Source of the DNA: Treponemataceae bacterium
GTDB lineage: Bacteria > Spirochaetota > Spirochaetia > Treponematales > Rectinemataceae
DNA length: 64,000 bases
NCBI GenBank assembly: GCA_963678065.2
Contig: CAXXVZ010000005.1
Span: 1,088,001-1,152,000 of the forward strand
Direction of reading: 5' to 3'
Shown here: in pieces, positions 56,701-64,000 of the stretch
Layout: each line of letters opens with the position of its first letter
Numbering within the stretch: the stretch's first letter is position 1
Notes under the pieces: generated by a model
Database searches by the model: none
Seen by the model: the letters and a program-made list of their open reading frames with translations, nothing else
What the model was told of the DNA's origin: nothing
Program-made: the position numbers and the translations under genes

Positions 56701-57716
56701 GGTTCGAATCTCCGTTCAATCACGCGAAACTGCGGTTGTGCGTGCAAGCCATGCGAAAAGTCCGTTGGATTATATGGCAATCGGGCTACAATGAGGGTAC
56801 ACCGTTCATCCTGCAATGTCGCGGTCACGTCCCAGAAGGCGGTCGTGGTTCCGATGTACTGCAGTAGCGTGTGCCGTTCGGAAACTCCAAGCGCGGCCGC
56901 GATATCCGCTCGGGACATCTCGGCGTACCGGCGCAGTTCCAGCAATCGGGCGGTCTTCCGTGCCGGATTCTCAATGGCATACTCCGGATACGCCACAAGT
57001 TCCCCAAGAATGTACGGATCTACAAAGTGAATATTGAACCAGGGTTCGGTATTGATCACGGGAAATACGCGTGCAGCATCCTCGCCCAGATAGGTGGCAT
57101 ACTCCTCGTCAAGAAGGATCCTCTTTTCCGTCAGAAGGCTCTGTATCCTTGTGTGGAACGCTTGTGCTCCATACGCGGATCCCGAGAGCGACGCATACAA
57201 GGATCGAAGGACGAACTCATCGGTCAGATTTATGTTTGCCCATCCATACGTGGTGCAATACGGACGGGCTGACTCCCGAAAGAATGCCATGTACGGCTCA
57301 AGTGTGGGTGACAAGCCCGAATCGACCCGGAACTGCTGGAGTTCCGCTGCGGTGACCCCTGGCTTGAGCAAGGAGGAAAATGCAGTCTTCTCCAGAAGAT
57401 TTTTTCTGATATAGTTGAGATTCAACCGACTGGAGATATCGGTGATCTTCACGCGTATCCCGTCGTGTTCCCCTGTGGTGCAGTACTCCTGAACCGGATC
57501 TCCCGCCCAGTCAGACTCAGGCGTCGGGTCATCGGAAAGACGCGCGACAACGGTCATGGCTTCCGTGTAGAGTCGGGTTTTCCTCGCTTCCCGATCGGCG
57601 CTTCTGCGGACAGAAGAGCGTGACACCTCCAGGTAGCCTGATACCCCCATAAGGGCGGCCGCAAGGATCAGCAGCATCACCAGAACCCGTGGGGCTATCG
57701 ATCCGGAGCTGTCCAT
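56697..57716 (-). CDS. gspK: T2SS minor pseudopilin GspK-like
   Basis: G|SI hydrophobic N-terminus, ITDISSRLNLN, NIN motifs. Confidence 0.7.
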   Translation of the reverse strand: MDSSGSIAPRVLVMLLILAAALMGVSGYLEVSRSSVRRSADREARKTRLYTEAMTVVARLSDDPTPESDWAGDPVQEYCTTGEHDGIRVKITDISSRLNLNYIRKNLLEKTAFSSLLKPGVTAAELQQFRVDSGLSPTLEPYMAFFRESARPYCTTYGWANINLTDEFVLRSLYASLSGSAYGAQAFHTRIQSLLTEKRILLDEEYATYLGEDAARVFPVINTEPWFNIHFVDPYILGELVAYPEYAIENPARKTARLLELRRYAEMSRADIAAALGVSERHTLLQYIGTTTAFWDVTATLQDERCTLIVARLPYNPTDFSHGLHAQPQFRVIERRFEP

Positions 57717-58261
57717 CAGTCATCCACCATCACCGGAATCGACCCGAACGATGCGATCGTACGATATTCCTTCCCCGCTATCCGGTACATCACCATCACG
57801 GCACGTATCCTTTGAGAGCTCTCGGGGAGCGGTTTCACCGATTCCAGCCGTACTCCATCGATCGTGACATGCTCGGACGAAGAGGCAATGGAAAGCGCAT
57901 CCCCTCCATTCGCCATTTCGAGAGTCAACGGCCCCGTCCCTTCATAGTATGGAAGCCGATAGACCCCATTCCCCGTTTCGAGGGTGACATCCCGAACCCA
58001 ATACGGGATGCGTATTCTGCCGACAAACCGACGCAGGGCGTCATCGGTTTGTACGAGTCGCGATGCGTATGATGCGGCGCGCCTGGTGGGTTCAGACGCG
58101 TGCAAGCCCGCCACCGTGACTGAATACGATGCCGCTCCGATGACCGCAAGAATGGCGAGGGCGGCGATAACCTCAAGGGTCGTCGAACCGTCTTCAGAAC
58201 GACTTTTCGTGTAGATCCCGGAGCACTGCCTCGTTGCGATCCTGCACCATGCGCTCAGCAT
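57716..58261 (-). CDS. Minor pseudopilin (GspJ-like)
   Basis: G|STTLEVIAALAIL prepilin motif; start uncertain. Confidence 0.65.
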   Translation of the reverse strand: MLSAWCRIATRQCSGIYTKSRSEDGSTTLEVIAALAILAVIGAASYSVTVAGLHASEPTRRAASYASRLVQTDDALRRFVGRIRIPYWVRDVTLETGNGVYRLPYYEGTGPLTLEMANGGDALSIASSSEHVTIDGVRLESVKPLPESSQRIRAVMVMYRIAGKEYRTIASFGSIPVMVDD

Positions 58262-58490
58262 GCGCGCGAAGACGGATTGACGACTGTGACGCGATTCCGA
58301 TACCGGCGGCGATGGTTCCGGCGAGGAGGGCGGCGAGAAAAACCGTAACAATCGCGTCGACCAGCACATATCCGTCAGTCTTCCCAGGTCGTGATATCGG
58401 CGTTGATTCCGTCACCGCCTTCTTTCCCGTCCGCTCCGAAACTTCGGAGACTGAATGGCTGGCTGTTTTTTCCGGGCATCTGGTATTCAT
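58194..58490 (-). CDS. Small minor pseudopilin (GspI-like)
   Basis: G|YVLVDAIVTVFLAALL; true start uncertain. Confidence 0.5.
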   Translation of the reverse strand: MNTRCPEKTASHSVSEVSERTGKKAVTESTPISRPGKTDGYVLVDAIVTVFLAALLAGTIAAGIGIASQSSIRLRAHAERMVQDRNEAVLRDLHEKSF

Positions 58491-58830
58491 AGGGATTCCC
58501 CCAGGGATCGCGTGGCGCTTTCTTGGTCAGATAGGGACCGCTCCATCCTGCAGGGACTGATTCGCCCGCGGGGCGCTCCCACAATGCTCCCAGCCCCTGA
58601 CTTTGGGTTGGATACTGTCCGCAATCGATGTAGTAGCCATCAAGCGCCAGCGAGAAGGTTTCCAGCTGGCTTCTGGCGGCGACAACCTTTGCCTTGTCGA
58701 GATAGCGGAATGCCATGAACCCTACGCTCGCGGTCAAAATGAGAATGATGCCAATCACCACAAGTGTTTCAACGAATGTCCAGCCGCCTTCGGGATGATC
58801 ATCGATGAAACGATTTTTTCTCCTAACCAT
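58375..58830 (-). CDS. gspG: T2SS major pseudopilin
   Basis: G|WTFVE, D.G.YPT..QGL.AL, W.GPYL....DPWGNPY.Y, S.GADG.EGG.G.NADI. Confidence 0.93.
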   Translation of the reverse strand: MVRRKNRFIDDHPEGGWTFVETLVVIGIILILTASVGFMAFRYLDKAKVVAARSQLETFSLALDGYYIDCGQYPTQSQGLGALWERPAGESVPAGWSGPYLTKKAPRDPWGNPYEYQMPGKNSQPFSLRSFGADGKEGGDGINADITTWED

Positions 58831-58853
58831 GAACAGACTCTCCTTACCGTAGC

Positions 58854-60062
58854 TCACTGCAGTACCGATCCATACAGAGAAAACAAGGGCACGATGAACG
58901 ACATGACCAGCCACAAGACAATTCCTCCCACCAGAACGATGAGCACCGGTTCCACGAGCGACATGGCCCGGTCGCTCATCCGATCGACGTCGGCCTGAAA
59001 GTAAATCCGGATCTGCGCGAAGACTGCGCGGGTATGACCGGACCGTTCCCCTGCGGCAACCCAGTGAGTAACATAGCGCGGGAGCTCATTCCGCCCCGAA
59101 CAGGCTCGGGACAAGGAGTCTCCCTTCATGATCGCGTCTTTGATAGCGATGACCGCTTCGCGATAAGCGGTATTGCCAATCACCGCCGACGCTTCTTCCA
59201 GGGCCCGTTCAAGGGGAATCCCTGCGGAAACCAGGATTTCCATGGCGAAGGCGAAGTTCATCGTTTCATAGGATTTCATGACGGTTCCGATTCCGGGAAT
59301 CCTGAGAATCGCACCGTCGACAAACCGAGCGAATGGTACCGTAGTTGCACGAATCCGCAGGCTGACCGGAATGCCGACAAGGAGCGCCGCAAGACCGATC
59401 GAAGACCACCGCAGGGTCGCCGCAATGCCGCGGGCATTCGTCTGCAGTTTCTGTGCGGCTTCTCCGCCGATTTGTTGAAAGATCTCGTACAAGCGCGGAA
59501 GAAGAAAGAAGGAGATACCGAGCAGCCCTCCCGCCGCGAGAACCAACACGAAGATCGGATACGTCAATGCGCCGACTATGTGATCCCGAATCTTTTTCCG
59601 TTGGGACAAGTATTCCGAAAGGCGGGGAAACATTTTTTCCACCGAACCCACCGTGTCCCCGACCGAGATCATCCCGCGATACATCGGCGGGAACGATTCG
59701 CCGCAGGATCGCATCGCGGATACAAAGCTTTCCCCCTTCTGGATCGGTTCCAGCAAGTCGGTAACCAGACGCGCAAGCTGCCCGGCTCCGACAATCCCCT
59801 TTTCCATCTCCAGCGCGTCTTTCAGGGTGAGACCTGAACTTAAGAGCATCGATGTCAGGTCCGTGAACTCTTGAATCGTCTCATGGGAATACCGACGGGT
59901 TCGGGTGGTCCTGATAGTACCTGCGGATACCTCGGATAGGGAAACAAGGAACCAGTCTCCGGTGGAGAAACTCCGCGCCGCTTCCTCGTCCGTTTCGGCA
60001 TTTCTGAGGATGCTTTTGCGCTGCCCCGAGGCATTCGTGACCACACATCGATAGGTAGGCAT
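58854..60062 (-). CDS. gspF: T2SS inner-membrane platform protein
   Basis: ALTYP, GERSG, LVEP motifs; three TM segments. Confidence 0.9.
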   Translation of the reverse strand: MPTYRCVVTNASGQRKSILRNAETDEEAARSFSTGDWFLVSLSEVSAGTIRTTRTRRYSHETIQEFTDLTSMLLSSGLTLKDALEMEKGIVGAGQLARLVTDLLEPIQKGESFVSAMRSCGESFPPMYRGMISVGDTVGSVEKMFPRLSEYLSQRKKIRDHIVGALTYPIFVLVLAAGGLLGISFFLLPRLYEIFQQIGGEAAQKLQTNARGIAATLRWSSIGLAALLVGIPVSLRIRATTVPFARFVDGAILRIPGIGTVMKSYETMNFAFAMEILVSAGIPLERALEEASAVIGNTAYREAVIAIKDAIMKGDSLSRACSGRNELPRYVTHWVAAGERSGHTRAVFAQIRIYFQADVDRMSDRAMSLVEPVLIVLVGGIVLWLVMSFIVPLFSLYGSVLQ

Positions 60063-61549
60063 CAGAGGCTCACTTCGTGCATCAGTTCATCGAGTGTCGT
60101 TGTGCCGTTTCGGACTTTCTCCACGCCATCGCGGGCAAGGACTGTACATCCATGCGTACGGACATGGGCCGAGATATCGGCCGCGGGCGCCCTCGCGGTA
60201 ATCAACTCTTCAAGGATCGGATCCATGGTAAAGATCTCGGACAGCACGGTTCTGCCCAGGTACCCGGTTCCTCCACAGCGGGAGCACCCCCGTGCATCCG
60301 CGACCGTGGTATCGTCGATGCCATACCGCGTGAGGATCCTCTGTTCCGCCTCTGTCGGAAGGCGATGAATCGCGCATGCCGGGCACAGTTTCCGTACGAG
60401 TCGCTGGGCTGTCGCTCCGCGAAGGACCGACGCGATGAGATAGGGCTCGATACCCATATTGGCGAGTCGGGATATGACCGCCACGCTGTCATTCGTATGC
60501 AGTGTCGACAACACGAGATGACCGGTCAGGGCAGCCCGGACCGCGAGCTCCGCTGTCGGCGAATCGCGGATTTCTCCAACCATGATGACATTGGGATCTT
60601 GCCGCAGCACGCGGCGAAGAATGGAATCAAATGACAGTCCGATCATGTCGTTGGTCTGGATTTGATTGACGCCATCGATGGTATATTCCACGGGATCTTC
60701 GATCGTGATGATTTTTAATCCCTCAGCGCAGATTTCCCGCACCATGGCGTTGAGCGTGGTGGTTTTTCCGCTTCCTGTCGGCCCTGTGACAAGAATGAGC
60801 CCATGCTGGATCGTCAAAAACTTTCGGAGCGTCGTGCAGTCGGACTCGGAAAATCCAAGCTGGTCCAGACCCAGCGGTTTTTTCTTTCGGTTGAACAATC
60901 GCAAGACAATCGATTCACCATGGATGGTTGGAATGATGGACACGCGCAGATCGACGGTATCATCCCCGATCTCGACCGTCATGCGGCCGTCTTGAGGAAG
61001 CCGCCGTTCCATGATGTTGAGGTTCGCCATAATCTTGATTCGGGACGCCACGGCAGGGAAACGACCCCGATCGAGAGTTTTGACCGTCTTCAATACCCCG
61101 TCGATGCGGTACCGGATCCGGATTCCCCCTTCCTGGGCTTCCATGTGGATATCGGAGGCCCCACACCGGATTCCTTCGATGCACAGGCTGTTGACCAGAT
61201 TCACGATCGGGGCATCGTTTGCGAGCCTGTCGAGCAGGAGCCGCTCGTCATCGCTGTCAGGATTTTTCGCGGATATCGAATCGGATTCTGAAGCCCGCGT
61301 ACCGAGGTGCGCGGCCAACTCCATCCGGTCTATCTCATGGAACCGGAGGGTCTTGCCATCGTGGAATTTTTGTAAGGATTCCCGAATCGACGGGGAGGTC
61401 GATTCGGTGACGCCGATATCGACAGCCTCCGGATCTTCGTTCAGCTTGAGTACACCGTGTGCTTCACAATACTCCTCGGGATATTGCTGTTTCCCCGCCG
61501 GGATCGGCGCGTAGGAAGCGATCGGGACCCGATCCGGGGCGACGGTCAT
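60062..61549 (-). CDS. gspE: T2SS assembly ATPase
   Basis: ASDIH, RLPQDGR, GPTGSGKTTT, RQDPNVIMVGEIRD, GHLVLSTLHTND, tetracysteine motif. Start MTVAPD. Confidence 0.95.
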   Translation of the reverse strand: MTVAPDRVPIASYAPIPAGKQQYPEEYCEAHGVLKLNEDPEAVDIGVTESTSPSIRESLQKFHDGKTLRFHEIDRMELAAHLGTRASESDSISAKNPDSDDERLLLDRLANDAPIVNLVNSLCIEGIRCGASDIHMEAQEGGIRIRYRIDGVLKTVKTLDRGRFPAVASRIKIMANLNIMERRLPQDGRMTVEIGDDTVDLRVSIIPTIHGESIVLRLFNRKKKPLGLDQLGFSESDCTTLRKFLTIQHGLILVTGPTGSGKTTTLNAMVREICAEGLKIITIEDPVEYTIDGVNQIQTNDMIGLSFDSILRRVLRQDPNVIMVGEIRDSPTAELAVRAALTGHLVLSTLHTNDSVAVISRLANMGIEPYLIASVLRGATAQRLVRKLCPACAIHRLPTEAEQRILTRYGIDDTTVADARGCSRCGGTGYLGRTVLSEIFTMDPILEELITARAPAADISAHVRTHGCTVLARDGVEKVRNGTTTLDELMHEVSL

Positions 61550-63747
61550 CGGACAAATCCTTCCACGAACGAGCGATAATACGATTCCATGCGCCTGCCG
61601 GCAGTTCGCACATCGAGATCGTCGCCAAAGGTAACATGCGGAACGATATAGAGAACCATCTCCGTATTCTCTTCTGTCTCGGTGTGGCTGCGGAACAGAA
61701 GCCCCAATAGGGGAATATCGCCGAGGATCGGCACTTTGGAACTCGTGACATCCTTGCTCTTCTGAAGGAGTCCACCGATGATCACCGGTTTCCCCGACAT
61801 CGTCCTGACATTCGTCGTCACAACTTTCTCTGATGTCGGAGGCGGATTCCCTGTCGTGCTCGATGTGTCGGCCCCGCGTTTGGACACCGTCGCGTGGACT
61901 TGCATCGTCACCATCCCATCCCCGGAGACCCATCCATTGATACCGAGAATGAGTCCCGACGTTATTTCTCGCGTGACCCCAGTATATTTTTGTTTTCCGG
62001 TATCGGGGTCGATCTCGATTTCGCGGTATCGGAAGGTGTCGGTATTCTGGAACTTGGTTTCCTGCCCGGAAAGCCCATTCAGTGTCGTATCGGCGAAGAC
62101 ATTGGCGAGATTGTTCGAGAGGCTCGCATTCAGGCTGAGGGCGAATTGGTAGCCAAACTGGGCGACAACGTCAAACGACAATGACAGGAGTTTGGAAAGA
62201 TCTCCGGAAAAGGAAATTCCGGGAGTACTGGACGATGGCCCGAACTCGGCCTTCGATCGGGAAAAGTCCGATCCCTTGCCCTTTTGGTATTGGACGACAA
62301 GCAATTCATAGCGGATCTGCGGCTTTGGCCGGTCGATGAGTTCTATCTCGCGAAGGAATATCTTTCGTTTGTCCTCGGATCCGATATAAAAGAGTAAAGA
62401 GGGCGAACCACTTTCGACAATATCTTCCCTGACAACGGATGGGGGCAGGTTTTTCAAAAGCTCTTCTGTCTTGATGTATTTCAGGCGTACCGGATAGCCA
62501 TCCGTCTTCCGATCGGCAATGCCGATGAAAGAAGCTATATCCTGCCTGCCGGATTCCGATACAAGGGCGATAAACCCATTCCCGTCAGGAAGCAGCACCG
62601 GCGCGATCGGCAAAAGCTTGGGCGGGATGAGCGGGACGATATCCCGTGCCTTGAAGTATTTTATGTCGAATCGCTGGTAGGAAAGTCCATAGAGTGGACG
62701 ATCGACCTGTCGTATGAAACCGAGAATCGGGCCAAGTTCTTCATCGCTGCCGGTCAGAATGATGGAATTGGTCGTGCGGTCAAGACGAGCCATGGTGCCC
62801 GAACTCATATCCGTAGGCAGCAGGTTGAGTACATCCTGCGCCACAAGATAGGAGAGAGAGACGACAATCGATTGCCGGTACTTTCTGAGAATGTCCTTTT
62901 TCTGAACCTCGAAGAGGTAATACACGCCATCGGAAACCAGGTAGTCCGAATTCCCGTGCTCCAGAATGAGTCGGAGCAGCTGGTCGAAGCTCTTGTCCGA
63001 AAAATAGATATTCTCCACAACGAGATCGATCCGGTTCAGGAGGGCGTATTCTTTCCCGGCCTTTGCGAACAATTCTACGAGAACATCGAGGAATCGTCCT
63101 TTGTCGAGGTTGATGGCATACGTATCGCCAGTTCGGGTGATGCTTGGCTTCTTGGCAGCCGACGCATAGGGATCCATGGGATTGACCGGTATTCTGCGGA
63201 TATAAAAGAAGTTCCCGTCCGATTCGAGCCGATAGTCGGCCAGTTTCTTGGTGAGGACATCGAGTGCTTTTTCCGGAGTGAGGCTTTCCACGTTGACGGA
63301 CAAGGTCATCTGAGGGAGGGGATCGAACAGGATGGTCTTTCCGATGGCCCTCGCAAGAGCGCGCACAAGATACTGGATGTCGACATCATCCGCCTTGAGT
63401 ATGACCGTATTCTTGTTTTTATCGAAGGAACTCTGGATTTTCGTGACGTAACAGGTGTTCCCGGTTCGGGTATAGTACAGCTTGTAGGTTGCTAAAAACG
63501 ATGCGAGGGATTGCTCGAAGTCGGCTTCAGTGAAATAGAATGAAGCGGAACCGGTCACTGTTTCATCCGGTACGATCGATACGCCGGAGGCCTCGGACAG
63601 GACTAAAAGGATGTCGACGATGGGTTGGCTCTTGAACTCCATCCGCTTCATCCGTTGCGCCGAGGCACCGGGAACGAGAACACCACAGAACAGGACTATG
63701 ATCACGCAGAGCAATCCGGCGCTGCGTCTCGCGGTATTACGACGCAT
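61546..63747 (-). CDS. gspD: Secretin
   Basis: Signal peptide, N domains, IDRPKPQI, C-terminal KVPILGDIPLLGLLFRS....E....I.P. Confidence 0.9.
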   Translation of the reverse strand: MRRNTARRSAGLLCVIIVLFCGVLVPGASAQRMKRMEFKSQPIVDILLVLSEASGVSIVPDETVTGSASFYFTEADFEQSLASFLATYKLYYTRTGNTCYVTKIQSSFDKNKNTVILKADDVDIQYLVRALARAIGKTILFDPLPQMTLSVNVESLTPEKALDVLTKKLADYRLESDGNFFYIRRIPVNPMDPYASAAKKPSITRTGDTYAINLDKGRFLDVLVELFAKAGKEYALLNRIDLVVENIYFSDKSFDQLLRLILEHGNSDYLVSDGVYYLFEVQKKDILRKYRQSIVVSLSYLVAQDVLNLLPTDMSSGTMARLDRTTNSIILTGSDEELGPILGFIRQVDRPLYGLSYQRFDIKYFKARDIVPLIPPKLLPIAPVLLPDGNGFIALVSESGRQDIASFIGIADRKTDGYPVRLKYIKTEELLKNLPPSVVREDIVESGSPSLLFYIGSEDKRKIFLREIELIDRPKPQIRYELLVVQYQKGKGSDFSRSKAEFGPSSSTPGISFSGDLSKLLSLSFDVVAQFGYQFALSLNASLSNNLANVFADTTLNGLSGQETKFQNTDTFRYREIEIDPDTGKQKYTGVTREITSGLILGINGWVSGDGMVTMQVHATVSKRGADTSSTTGNPPPTSEKVVTTNVRTMSGKPVIIGGLLQKSKDVTSSKVPILGDIPLLGLLFRSHTETEENTEMVLYIVPHVTFGDDLDVRTAGRRMESYYRSFVEGFVR

Positions 63748-64000
63748 TTCCGATAATCCTGAGAGCGGCGACACAGCATCCGCCCACCGTAAGAAACGGA
63801 GCGAAGGGAATCCTGTCGTCAGCGCCTTTGTGCATGATCATGCCGGACAGGCACGCGAACAAAAGCCCGCAGCAGGCCGCACAGGCACTAGCGACAAAAA
63901 AGTAGCGAGGCCCGGTATACATTCCGAGAAACGCCGCATATTTTACATCCCCGAATCCCATCCCGCCCGTCAGGTTCCGGATGATGAGAAACAAAAGGAA
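63737..64000 (-). CDS. Prepilin peptidase (3' part)
   Basis: GMGFGDVK and IPFAPFL motifs. Confidence 0.88.
   Translation of the reverse strand, partial: FLLFLIIRNLTGGMGFGDVKYAAFLGMYTGPRYFFVASACAACCGLLFACLSGMIMHKGADDRIPFAPFLTVGGCCVAALRIIGNAS

Overview
This 64-kb bacterial window is probably from an anaerobic spirochaete-like organism (inferred from gene content only). It has three parts. (1) 1-21.3 kb: a frameshifted ISL3 element, decayed aldo/keto-reductase and flavodoxin genes, then a carbohydrate-catabolic region with two divergent glycyl-radical enzyme/activase pairs (PflD-like and YbiW-like), a sugar ABC importer, two ROK-type proteins and AraC/DeoR regulators. (2) 21.3-30.0 kb: an 8.6-kb LacI/GDPD/ABC/nucleoside-hydrolase block bounded by two copies of the 3' half of a tRNA-Ile(CAU), which look like att scars. 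(3) 30-64 kb: a type II secretion cluster followed, on the minus strand, by a signal-peptide-bearing 1848-aa Rhs toxin and three orphan Rhs C-terminal toxin/immunity pairs. The main finding is two tandem copies of a ~6.3-6.5-kb element between these toxin pairs. Each copy carries an HTH repressor, a small ORF, a P-loop ATPase, one degenerate and one intact tyrosine recombinase, and a constant linker that stops exactly at the DNA encoding the Rhs 'DPxGL' core/toxin junction. This layout is what would result if the element integrates site-specifically into rhs, installs its own toxin tip plus immunity gene, and displaces the previous tip. Two of the toxin/immunity pairs end in integron-type attC sites although no IntI is visible. 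A structured non-coding repeat with compensatory base changes marks each unit. One element copy is disrupted by an IS21 with a 6-bp target duplication. All family assignments come from motif recognition by eye, not database searches.
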